From: an uncultured Tenacibaculum sp.
Lineage (GTDB): Bacteria; Bacteroidota; Bacteroidia; Flavobacteriales; Flavobacteriaceae
Length of the DNA stretch: 64,000 nucleotides
Assembly (NCBI RefSeq): GCF_947495995.1
Contig: NZ_CANMAX010000007.1
Span: 1-64,000 of the forward strand
Direction of reading: 5' to 3'
The position numbers and the translations under genes are program-made. The first letter of the stretch is position 1. Each line of letters starts with the position of its first letter. Positions 40,768 through 50,168 of this stretch are shown here, piece after piece. The notes under the pieces were generated by a model that saw only the letters and a list, made by a program, of their open reading frames with translations, had not been told where the DNA came from and searched no databases.

Positions 40768-40992
40768 ATGCCTCATATTACTTGTGAAAATTGCGGAGAT
40801 AAATTTTATGATAGTAGAAAATCTTGTCCAAATTGCTCGTTTGAAAGAACAGATGGAAAGGGTAAAGAAGTTGATGTAAAATCAAATACAAAAAAACTGT
40901 TTATAGGAATTCTGAAAATTCTAATCTTAATTTACGCTTTGTATAGACTAATAAAACCTTTTGTTAAGTTTTATTGGGGAACTGAAATTTAA
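40768..40992 (+). CDS. Small zinc-ribbon membrane protein
   Basis: 74 aa. CENCG-X11-CPNC, then a C-terminal TM helix (LFIGILKILILIYALYRLI). Confidence 0.35.
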   Translation: MPHITCENCGDKFYDSRKSCPNCSFERTDGKGKEVDVKSNTKKLFIGILKILILIYALYRLIKPFVKFYWGTEI

Positions 40993-41109
40993 TTTTTCAA
41001 AAACACCAACTATGTTAAAGTTTCAAATACGGTAGTTTTTGGAGTTAATAATAATTGTTTAGATTATAAAACTAAACTACCTTTGCAGCCCGAAAAATAG
41101 GATTGTTTT

Positions 41110-41478
41110 TTGAAGTTAAAAGTAACTACATATTTCTTTGTTTTATTATACTTAATCGCAATGTTGCGCCCTATAGCTCCATTTGTTGAGTATGCAATTA
41201 ATTACGATTATATCGCTAAAGTTTTATGTATAAATACAGACAAGCCTGAGCTTAGTTGTAATGGAAAATGTCATTTAAAAAAGAAACTTCAGCAGCAACA
41301 AGAGGAAGATTACAACTCTTTACGAATTGCTATGGAAGAATATCCAATAGGTTTCGTTTCTGTACTAGAAGTTAGAAAAAGAGTACATCCTAAACAAAAG
41401 CAAAAAAGTAACTTCGGTTATCATAAAAACTATAAGTTTTTGTACCATCCTTCAGTTTTTCATCCACCCACCGCATAA
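41110..41478 (+). CDS. Hypothetical membrane protein
   Basis: 122 aa with an N-terminal TM segment. The track start is TTG; an ATG at 41161 (MLRPIAPF...) is an alternative. Confidence 0.3.
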   Translation: MKLKVTTYFFVLLYLIAMLRPIAPFVEYAINYDYIAKVLCINTDKPELSCNGKCHLKKKLQQQQEEDYNSLRIAMEEYPIGFVSVLEVRKRVHPKQKQKSNFGYHKNYKFLYHPSVFHPPTA

Positions 41479-41668
41479 TTTATTTATTAGGAAGTTCGAT
41501 AACGGACTTACATCTTTTTAAGATTGATATTGCGATCAATCAAGAAACACATATTCAATAAATAAAATTAGTATGAATTATTCTTTCCAATATCATGAGA
41601 GTTTAAAATTCATGCAGATTTCTGAACAGATTAAATTTTAAAATTCAGAAATCAAAAAATAACAATCG

Positions 41669-42700
41669 ATGAAAAACAAATTAATGATTGTTGCTATTTC
41701 GTTAATAGCAATGGTAAATACATACGCACAAGAAAAAGAAAATTTATGGACAGCTGGAAGACCTGATGGGCATGCACCAATCTCAGTTATGGGAGATCAT
41801 TATCATGGGAAAGGAGACGTAATGTTTTCTTACAGGTATATGAGAATGAGTATGGAAGGTTTATTAGATGGAACTTCAGATATTTCAAATGCAGCTGCTC
41901 ATGATCGTGGTTATATGGTTACACCTCTTAATATGCCAATGGATATGCATATGATCGGAGTAATGTATGGTGTAACTGATAAAATCACAGTGATGGCTAT
42001 GGCAATGTACATGCAAAATGAAATGGATTTACAAATGCGTATGCCAACAGGAATGACAAATCAATTTTCTACAGCTTCTTCTGGTTTTGGAGATATTAAA
42101 ATCGGTGCTTTATATAAATTCATCAACAAAGATCGTCAATCGTTACATGCAAACGTTGGGTTATCAATTCCTACAGGAACTTTAGAAGCAAAAGATGTTA
42201 CTCCAATGTCTGCTCCAAACGAAATTCAATTGCCTTATCCAATGCAAATTGGTAGTGGAACTTTCGATGCAGAGTTAGGGTTAACTTACTTAGGTCAATC
42301 TGATAATCTTTCTTGGGGAACACAGTTAAAAGGATTGTATCGTTTTGGAACCAACGATTTCGATTATTCTTTAGGAAACCGTTATAATTTAAACTCTTGG
42401 TTTGCATATAAAACTACAGAGTGGCTAAGTTTTTCTGCTAGAGGAGAAGTGGTTGCAGAAGAACGAATTAATGGAGCTAATCCAAATTTAAATCCGATGA
42501 TGGTAACTACTGCAGATACTGCAAATTCTGGTGGTCAATATATCAATGGAGGACTTGGGTTTAACATTTATATTCCTGAAGGAAGATTTAAAAATGTACG
42601 ATTTGGATTCGAATATGCGCAGCCACTATTCCAAAAGCCAAATGGAATTCAATTAGAGAGAAACGAGACATTAACTTTCGGACTTCAATACTCACTATAA
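41669..42700 (+). CDS. Outer-membrane beta-barrel protein with a His/Met-rich N-terminal region (possible CopB/PcoB-like metal-binding OMP)
   Basis: 343 aa with a signal peptide. It carries GHAPISVMGDHYHGKGDVMF and the Met cluster MPMDMHMIGVMYGVTDKITVMAMAMYMQNEMDLQMRMPTGM, followed by alternating amphipathic strands. Confidence 0.5.
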   Translation: MKNKLMIVAISLIAMVNTYAQEKENLWTAGRPDGHAPISVMGDHYHGKGDVMFSYRYMRMSMEGLLDGTSDISNAAAHDRGYMVTPLNMPMDMHMIGVMYGVTDKITVMAMAMYMQNEMDLQMRMPTGMTNQFSTASSGFGDIKIGALYKFINKDRQSLHANVGLSIPTGTLEAKDVTPMSAPNEIQLPYPMQIGSGTFDAELGLTYLGQSDNLSWGTQLKGLYRFGTNDFDYSLGNRYNLNSWFAYKTTEWLSFSARGEVVAEERINGANPNLNPMMVTTADTANSGGQYINGGLGFNIYIPEGRFKNVRFGFEYAQPLFQKPNGIQLERNETLTFGLQYSL

Positions 42701-42731
42701 GTTAAAAAGAACTCAAAGAAATTACATCAAA

Positions 42732-45089
42732 ATGAATAATAAAGTAATAATCCTATTTCTAGGGTTAGTATTAGCCTGTGCAAATATTTCAGCACAAAAA
42801 ATATATAAAGGAAAAGTAGTAGACGCAAATCAAAATCCGATTTTTGGAGCTTCAGTAATCTCAGTAAAAAACTCAAAAAGAGGAGTTGCTACTGATTATG
42901 AAGGTGGATTTATGATTAAGCTTAACGATAATCAAGTGAAAATCTCGATGGTTGGTTTTGCTACTAAAGTGGTCAAATTATCATCAGAATTCAACACGAT
43001 TATTTTACAAGAAAATCTTCAAAATTTAGATGAGGTTATCGTATCAGCAAGTAGAGAAATTCAGCAAAGAAGAGAAGTTCCTGCTTCTATTGGAGTATTA
43101 ACTAGTAAGCAAATTGAAGAAACAAAAGCTTTCGGAATTGAACAGTTAGTAAATCAAGTTCCTGGAGTTTTTATGAGTTCTTCAAAAGCTGCGAGTAACG
43201 AACAACATTTTATGGCAGTTCGTTCTCCTATTTCAACAAGATCTTTATTCTTATATGTTGAAGACGGATTACCAATTCGTCCTGTAGCTGTGTTTAATCA
43301 CAATGCATTATTGGAAATGAACAATACTACTTTCGAAAAAGTAGAAGTTCTAAAAGGTCCGGCTTCTAGTATTTACGGAAGTGAAGCTATCGGTGGAAGT
43401 TTTAACTTTATTACCAAATCACCTAGAAAAGATTTTGGAGGTTCTGTAAGTATTCAAGGAAACGACCTTGGAATTACAAGGTATGAAGCAGAAGCTTCTA
43501 CAACAGCAAATGAGAAATACGGATTCTATGTTGGTGGACATTATATTCAAAGAAATAATGGTCCTGTTGGGCATTCAGATTATGAGAAATTTGCCATCAC
43601 ATTTAAGAACGAAAATAATTTCTCTGAAACTTTACGTTGGATAAATTCGGTAAGTTTTATTGACTATAGATCAGATATGACTGGTTCTATTTCTGAACAA
43701 AACTTTTTAGCTGGGAATTACGAAAGTGATCAAACATTTACAGAACGTGAAGCACAAGCATTACGTTTTAGATCTACTTTAGAGAAAGTTTGGAATGATC
43801 GAAATAAAACTTCTGTAAACTTTATTTACAGAAACAACATCATGAATCAACTTCCATCGTATCGAGTTCGCCAAGATAGAAACATGGGACAATTAACAGG
43901 AACAGGTTCGGGTGAAATTAATTCAAATCAATTTAGAAGTTATGTTGGTTTAATTCAACATAAATTAGATTTCAATTTTAAAGATGCTTCTTTAGTAGTA
44001 GGAGCAACAGCTGATTTTTCTCCGCAAGATTATGTTGCAGAAACTGTAGACGTGGTTGTAGATACACAAACAGGAAAGAACATTGATTTTACAATAAATT
44101 CTGGAGATTACATTTTAAATTATAATGCTGATATTTTTAATTATGCAGGATATGCACAGTTCGAAATTTCACCAATTAAAGCTTTAAAAGTTACAGCAGC
44201 TGTTCGTTTCGATGAGTTTAGTTTCGATTACAATAACTTAATTGAAAGTCAGGCAGGAGTTGTAGATACTAAAGTAAATTATAGCAGTGTAGCACCAAAA
44301 TTTGGACTAAACTATAACGTGAATAAAAACTTAGGTTTTTATAGTAATTACTCAAAAGGATTTACACCACCACAAACATCAACATTATTCAGAAATAGTA
44401 GAAATAGTAGTACAGGTGCTACAATTTTCGATTTAAAACCAGCGAAGTTCGATAACTACGAAGTTGGAGGATATTTTACAATTCCATCGAAATTAAAAGT
44501 AGATGTAGCAGTATACAGATTAGATGGAACAGATCGATTAATTTCTCTTAGAGATATGTCAGGAAACTTTGTTCAGTTAAATGCTGGTAAAACAAGATCG
44601 CAAGGTGTAGAACTTGGTCTTAAATATCAAATATTAGAAAATCTTTCGGTGAATTACAGCGGAAGTTATGCAACTCATAAATACATTTCGTTTTTCGATA
44701 ATGGTGTAGATTATTCAAATACAGATATGCAAACAGCACCAAATTACTTATCGATGTCTAATATTACGTACAAGCCGCTAAATAATTTAATAGTAACGTT
44801 AGAGCACGAACAAGTTGGAAGTTACAATACAAGTTTCGAAAATCAAGTAGTTGTTGGAACTGATACTGCAGGAAATGATATTTTAGGAACATCAACTTAC
44901 GATGGACACCATGTGTTCAATTTCAGAGGGAGTTTTAAGTTTTATGATTTTGAATTCTGGGGACAAGCATTAAATATTTTTGATGAATTATATGCTGTGC
45001 GTGCTAGCTATAATATCTGGAGAAGAGAAAATAGCTATAGTATCGGTAATCCTAGAGCTTTTCATTTTGGAGTGAAGTATAACTTTTAA
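42732..45089 (+). CDS. TonB-dependent outer-membrane receptor
   Basis: 785 aa with a signal peptide, a carboxypeptidase-regulatory-like N-terminal domain, a plug (VLKGPASSIYGSEAIGG), a 22-strand barrel and a C-terminal aromatic residue (…KYNF). Confidence 0.9.
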   Translation: MNNKVIILFLGLVLACANISAQKIYKGKVVDANQNPIFGASVISVKNSKRGVATDYEGGFMIKLNDNQVKISMVGFATKVVKLSSEFNTIILQENLQNLDEVIVSASREIQQRREVPASIGVLTSKQIEETKAFGIEQLVNQVPGVFMSSSKAASNEQHFMAVRSPISTRSLFLYVEDGLPIRPVAVFNHNALLEMNNTTFEKVEVLKGPASSIYGSEAIGGSFNFITKSPRKDFGGSVSIQGNDLGITRYEAEASTTANEKYGFYVGGHYIQRNNGPVGHSDYEKFAITFKNENNFSETLRWINSVSFIDYRSDMTGSISEQNFLAGNYESDQTFTEREAQALRFRSTLEKVWNDRNKTSVNFIYRNNIMNQLPSYRVRQDRNMGQLTGTGSGEINSNQFRSYVGLIQHKLDFNFKDASLVVGATADFSPQDYVAETVDVVVDTQTGKNIDFTINSGDYILNYNADIFNYAGYAQFEISPIKALKVTAAVRFDEFSFDYNNLIESQAGVVDTKVNYSSVAPKFGLNYNVNKNLGFYSNYSKGFTPPQTSTLFRNSRNSSTGATIFDLKPAKFDNYEVGGYFTIPSKLKVDVAVYRLDGTDRLISLRDMSGNFVQLNAGKTRSQGVELGLKYQILENLSVNYSGSYATHKYISFFDNGVDYSNTDMQTAPNYLSMSNITYKPLNNLIVTLEHEQVGSYNTSFENQVVVGTDTAGNDILGTSTYDGHHVFNFRGSFKFYDFEFWGQALNIFDELYAVRASYNIWRRENSYSIGNPRAFHFGVKYNF

Positions 45090-45225
45090 ACAGATAAGAT
45101 TATTTAATTGTTTCGTCATTCTGAAGGGAAAATATGACCGAAGGAATCTTTTAGTTTTCAAAACAGAGATTACTTCACTTCGTTCGTAATGACGTTTCAT
45201 TTATTCTGATTGATGAATTTTATTT

Positions 45226-46467
45226 ATGAAAAATAGAAAATTAAATCAATGGTTATGGAAATGGCACTTCATTGCAGGTATCATTTCTTTGCCGTTTGTA
45301 ATTGTTTTGTCAATTACAGGCGGAATCTACCTGTTTAAATCAGATGTAGAAAACGAAGTTATTCAAGGAATACAAAAATTAATTCCTGAAGAAAAAAGTG
45401 AACGATTGAGTTATGATAAACAATGGGAGATCGCTCAAAAAAACTCTAAAAGAAAATTAAATTCAGTAGTTCTTGATGAAACTGATCTAAGTACTGAATT
45501 TATTTCTGGAAGATTTGGAGGAAAACAATCTGTATATATTAACCCGTATTCAGGAGAAGTTTCGGGTACTTTTAAAGCGAAAGATACTTGGATGTATTCT
45601 GTAAGAAAATTACATGGTGAACTTCTTGGAGGAAAAGTAGGAACGAAAGTAGTTGAGTTTATTGCAAGTTGGATGGTCGTTTTAATATTATCAGGTTTAT
45701 ACATTTGGTTTCCTTTTGTAAGAGGAATTAAAGGAGTTTTTACTGTACGATTAAAAGAAGGAAAAAGAATCCTTTTTAGAGATGTACATGCAGTTACTGG
45801 TTTCTGGATTTCTATTTTATTACTGATTGTTTTGGCTGGAGGTTTTCCTTGGACAGATGTTTTTGGAGGGAATTTTAAGAAAGTTCAGCAATGGACAAAT
45901 ACTGGATATCCAAAAACTTGGAGTGGTCGCGGATTAACTTCATCAGTAAAAGAAAAGAGATTGTCTTTAGATGAAATGATCAGCATTGCAAATGCACAAA
46001 ATTTACCAGGTAAAATCACAGTAGGTTTACCAAAATCAGCAAAAAGTACATTCTCAGTTTCAAATAAAACTTTTCCACTTTCTGAACAAAAAATGATACA
46101 CTTTGATCAATATTCTGGTGAACTAGTTAAGTCTCACAATTGGAGTGATGTTGGCGTATTAATGAGAGCTAGAATGTGGTTAATGGCTTTTCATCAAGGA
46201 GAGTTTGGTGGATGGAATTGGTATTTAATGTTTGCCATAGCAGTGTTATTAACTTTAATGAGTACTGCTGCAATTTTCTCTTATGTATTCAGAAAACAAA
46301 AAGGAAAATTGAGTGTGCCTAAATCACCAAAGAGCTTCAAACAAAACTATGGTTTAGTGATTGCAATATTATTTTTAGGAATAATTTTTCCTTTATTTGG
46401 AGTGAGTATTGTATTGATTTGTTTATCAGAGTTTTTTAAAAGGAAAGCGATTTCTTTAAAAACATAA
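45226..46467 (+). CDS. PepSY-associated TM helix (PiuB-like) membrane protein
   Basis: 413 aa with the pattern of 4 TM helices and periplasmic PepSY-like inserts. It lies immediately downstream of the TonB-dependent receptor. Confidence 0.75.
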   Translation: MKNRKLNQWLWKWHFIAGIISLPFVIVLSITGGIYLFKSDVENEVIQGIQKLIPEEKSERLSYDKQWEIAQKNSKRKLNSVVLDETDLSTEFISGRFGGKQSVYINPYSGEVSGTFKAKDTWMYSVRKLHGELLGGKVGTKVVEFIASWMVVLILSGLYIWFPFVRGIKGVFTVRLKEGKRILFRDVHAVTGFWISILLLIVLAGGFPWTDVFGGNFKKVQQWTNTGYPKTWSGRGLTSSVKEKRLSLDEMISIANAQNLPGKITVGLPKSAKSTFSVSNKTFPLSEQKMIHFDQYSGELVKSHNWSDVGVLMRARMWLMAFHQGEFGGWNWYLMFAIAVLLTLMSTAAIFSYVFRKQKGKLSVPKSPKSFKQNYGLVIAILFLGIIFPLFGVSIVLICLSEFFKRKAISLKT

Positions 46468-46552
46468 TTTTCACAAAATTTTAATAAAATTAGATGTAAG
46501 GTTTTATAAATTGATAGACGAACCCTTAAATTATAATTTAAAACAATCAATC

Positions 46553-47095
46553 ATGAAAAAATCGATTTTATCAATTGTTGTGTTTGCTGTAGCCTTAGTA
46601 TTTTCTAATGAAGCTTTCGCGCAAAAGTTTCCTAAGTTAGACAAGAGTCCTATGGATGCGGCTACTTACCCTAGCAGTTATAAAGTTGCCGACAAATTAG
46701 TAAAGGTAATTTATAGCCGTCCACAATTAAAAGGTAGATCTTTAGCAAAGTTAGCTCCAGCTGGTAAAGTTTGGAGAACAGGTGCTAACGAAGCTGCAGA
46801 AATTACATTTTATAAAGATGTAACTTTTGGAGGTAAATCAGTTAAAGCTGGAACTTATTCTCTATTTACTATTCCTGGAGAAAAAGAATGGACAGTAATT
46901 TTAAGTACTGCAAAGAACGTTTGGGGATCTTATTTCTATAAGCAAAACGAAGACGTTGTTAGAGTTACTGGAAAAGTATCTAAAACGAGTTCACCAGTAG
47001 AAGCTTTCTCTATCGCTTTTGATGGAAAAGATGGAAATGCAAATATGCACTTAGGATGGGGAACTACTGTAGTATCAGTTCCTGTTAAAGGATAA
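46553..47095 (+). CDS. Secreted DUF2911-like protein
   Basis: Start trimmed to MKKSILSIVVFAVALVFSNEAFAQ. Confidence 0.5.
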   Translation: MKKSILSIVVFAVALVFSNEAFAQKFPKLDKSPMDAATYPSSYKVADKLVKVIYSRPQLKGRSLAKLAPAGKVWRTGANEAAEITFYKDVTFGGKSVKAGTYSLFTIPGEKEWTVILSTAKNVWGSYFYKQNEDVVRVTGKVSKTSSPVEAFSIAFDGKDGNANMHLGWGTTVVSVPVKG

Positions 47096-47120
47096 AATAA
47101 CATCGTAAGAATAACTATAA

Positions 47121-47153
47121 AAAAAGCCTTTTAAATTTTTAAAAGGCTTTTTT
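47121..47153. terminator. Bidirectional intrinsic terminator
   Basis: aaaaAGCCTTTTaaatttttAAAAGGCTtttttt. Confidence 0.85.
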
Positions 47154-47183
47154 GTTGTTACTATTTAAATATGAAGATTTTAT

Positions 47184-50045
47184 TTAGGCTTTTAAAACCT
47201 CAATGAAATCTTGGTCTTGCCAATACGCTTCAAAGTCAGAATCTGTTTGAAATTGCTTGGCTTGTTTTCCTAAATTTAATGACTGTTTAATCATACCCAA
47301 CATATCTTCTTTCTTTTCATTTTTAGCATAAAAACACGATAAGTTAAAAGCTAAAACCTCATTACTTACATCTTTAGCTTTAAAATCTTTTGGTAGTAAT
47401 TTTTCAAAAACTAAAGATTCCACTTCTTTATCTTTAGCCATTATAGCTAAAACAATAGCGTTTGATGCAACATCATCAGTTTTGTGAGATATTCCGACAA
47501 CAGGAAGCAAGTTTTCTGTAAAGTTTAAGAATACATTTTTAGCAGAATTGAAATCTCCACCCATTAAAGAGTTAATCAATAATTTGGTGGTGAAATTAGA
47601 CATGTCAAACGAGTAATCGTTTAATTGTTCTTCAGAAATTACTTTTTTACTTTCAGTGATAAAAATAGAATTATCACCATTTGCTAAAGATTGCTGAAAA
47701 GCTTCTTTTAATTTATTATTTTGATTTTTTGCTGCTGCCTTTTTTAACTCAGCCCCTTTCCTTTCAGCCAATTCTCTAGCAATATCTTCTTCAGTTTTTC
47801 CTTGTAACTTATATTTAAATTCTAGTGCAAAACTTTCATAAGCATCTTTGTCAATATATTTCTTTTCAGTGCTAGAAACTTTATAGTTTAAAACTTTAAT
47901 AAGCATTTGTGTTACTTCTTCATTATCTTCAGAAATATCCTCTAAATAAGTAGTTAACTTTTCACGATCTAATGAAAAAAGTACTTTGTTTAAGTTGTTT
48001 AATGTTGTGTAACTTTTTGCAAAAAATGTATAGTCGAAAACATTAAGTAAGAGATCAAAAGAAAGTTCTTGAATGTTGAAGTTCTCAAATGAACGCTCTA
48101 AATCATAATCGTTAAAAAAATATGACGGTAAATCACCATTTAATACATCTTTCAACATCATTTCAAAATCAGAAGCACTTTCACCTTGTAGAGCCTTATG
48201 AGTTCGTGAAGCAATATTTTTAATCTTTTCAATTACTTCTCTAGTATCATTAGAAATATCTTCTTCTAAAACGTCATCAATAATATCTAGTATGATGGAT
48301 TCATCAATGTTTTCAAAAATAAAATTGGTAAAATCACCTACGATTTCAGCTTCATAAGTATTTTCTTCTTTCATTTTACTGAAAATAGGAGCATACAATT
48401 CACATATTCCATCACCGTATTCTGGATGTTTTATACCGCTACCTAAAGAAAGTATAAGTTTTGCTAAAGGTTCAATTTCAAACTGAGGTAAGAAATCATC
48501 AATCAATTGATCGTGAACAGTAGAACCAAAATAACGATGACCAGCATCATAATACTTCATGCAGTTTATAAAAGCGTCTACAACATGATTTTGTCCGGCT
48601 ACAGATTTACGTTTTATAAATTCACGAATTACAATAGTAGTTACTTCATAACTATCTCCCATTCCAGTATCAGCAAAACTAACAGAAATCAATTTTTTCA
48701 AGGTTTCTTTGCTTAATTTTTCAGCATAGGTACTTACAATAGTATCAAGTGCTGGTATCTCTAAAGTACTGTCATAAGCATCGTGTTTTTTTACATTAAA
48801 CACAAACTCCATATCACCGATAGCATTTAATACTTCTTCGATTGTGGTAAGGCTACTTTCCTTATTTTCTAAAACAGCGATAATTTCTTCTGGAGAAAAT
48901 TTCTTTTTTGAAGCTTCATTTTTATCTCTTTCAGTCCATTCTTCTTCTGTAAGATGAGAAGACTTTACTGTTTTCAGATTTTCAAAATGATATAAAGGTA
49001 AAAGCGCATTTTTTACATTGAAATTGCTTTTATCTAATGTACATCCTTTGATATTTAAGTATTCAAGCTTAGTTAATTTATGTAGAGGTTCTAAGCTTGT
49101 AATTTTTGAGCTAGAAATATCTAAATATTCTAAATTGATGAGTTTACTAACAGCATCTACATTGTTAAGATCGTATGAGTTTTTAATATCTATTTTTTTG
49201 AGCCTTGTTAGGTTTTTAACAGCATCAATAGTATTTAATTTAGCTTGGGTAATATGTATTTCTTCTAAATGACTTAGTTCTGCAAGCGGATCAAGGTTTT
49301 GAATAGGACAAAATTCTAAACGAATCTCTTTTAAGTTTTTTAATCCAGAAATTGCAGCAGGTAACGCGTTTGGTTTATCTTCAATAAACAATTCATCTTC
49401 AAAACTCTTTTCCTCTCTACCTTTAAAACAGAACTTAAAGTTAATTTTTTCAAGAACTTTCCAGTTTTTAATTTCTTCAGGCAGAGTTGTTAACGTATAA
49501 AAGTTTTTCAATGTAACTTCATCTACATTAGGAATAGTAGTAAATTCTATTGGTAATTCTTCGAACCCTAAACCATGGAGTTCTAAAGATTTTAACTTCG
49601 TTAAGTTTTTAATTTCGTTGGCAACATTGGTTAATGTACCTTGTTTAATCGATAACTTTTGGAGGTTTGTTAATTGTTCAATTTCTTTAGGAATAGAGAA
49701 TTCAGCATTTCCAAAAGCCAATGATAATTCTTCTAAATCAGGAAAGTTTTTACAAAGCGGTACTAAATCGATATGCGCTAATTGAATGCCAAGATGTTTT
49801 ATTTTCATTCCTAAAAGTTCGTTGATACGAACTCCAGAAATCTGTAAAACGTCTAACTCTAATTTTTTAAATCCTTCAGGAAAAGTAGACCATTCTTCTA
49901 TATTAGGTAAGAAATGAAGCGATTTTAAATTGGTGAATTTTTCAATCTCTTCTGTATTGGCTTTTTTACATTCTTCTCCTTTTAAATAAAGACCTGTAAC
50001 TTCATTATAATGATTAAGCGCTTCTTCTATTGTAGTACACTTCAT
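47184..50045 (-). CDS. Large leucine-rich-repeat (LRR) protein with a C-terminal domain of unknown function and no signal peptide
   Basis: 953 aa. There are about 14 LRR units in residues 30-350 (LTNLQKLSIKQ, LTKLKSLELHG, LKNLKEIRLEF, LINLEYLDISS, LTKLEYLNIKG and others). The 550-aa C-terminal region is acidic and helical with no recognisable catalytic or P-loop motif. Confidence 0.7.
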   Translation of the reverse strand: MKCTTIEEALNHYNEVTGLYLKGEECKKANTEEIEKFTNLKSLHFLPNIEEWSTFPEGFKKLELDVLQISGVRINELLGMKIKHLGIQLAHIDLVPLCKNFPDLEELSLAFGNAEFSIPKEIEQLTNLQKLSIKQGTLTNVANEIKNLTKLKSLELHGLGFEELPIEFTTIPNVDEVTLKNFYTLTTLPEEIKNWKVLEKINFKFCFKGREEKSFEDELFIEDKPNALPAAISGLKNLKEIRLEFCPIQNLDPLAELSHLEEIHITQAKLNTIDAVKNLTRLKKIDIKNSYDLNNVDAVSKLINLEYLDISSSKITSLEPLHKLTKLEYLNIKGCTLDKSNFNVKNALLPLYHFENLKTVKSSHLTEEEWTERDKNEASKKKFSPEEIIAVLENKESSLTTIEEVLNAIGDMEFVFNVKKHDAYDSTLEIPALDTIVSTYAEKLSKETLKKLISVSFADTGMGDSYEVTTIVIREFIKRKSVAGQNHVVDAFINCMKYYDAGHRYFGSTVHDQLIDDFLPQFEIEPLAKLILSLGSGIKHPEYGDGICELYAPIFSKMKEENTYEAEIVGDFTNFIFENIDESIILDIIDDVLEEDISNDTREVIEKIKNIASRTHKALQGESASDFEMMLKDVLNGDLPSYFFNDYDLERSFENFNIQELSFDLLLNVFDYTFFAKSYTTLNNLNKVLFSLDREKLTTYLEDISEDNEEVTQMLIKVLNYKVSSTEKKYIDKDAYESFALEFKYKLQGKTEEDIARELAERKGAELKKAAAKNQNNKLKEAFQQSLANGDNSIFITESKKVISEEQLNDYSFDMSNFTTKLLINSLMGGDFNSAKNVFLNFTENLLPVVGISHKTDDVASNAIVLAIMAKDKEVESLVFEKLLPKDFKAKDVSNEVLAFNLSCFYAKNEKKEDMLGMIKQSLNLGKQAKQFQTDSDFEAYWQDQDFIEVLKA

Positions 50046-50168
50046 ATGCTAAGTTTTTTAATTTTTGGTAGTCGGTGTTAACTGTTAGTATAACTAACAT
50101 CAAAACTAGCATGAATGTACAAAGAAAAACACACTGTTTTCCGTGAAAAGAAAACAGTGTGTGAATTT

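Noticed and set aside
41669-42700. Calling the Met-rich OM protein definitively CopB/PcoB
   Set aside because: Only the compositional Met/His signature supports it. I cannot verify family membership without an HMM search, so it is kept as a hypothesis.
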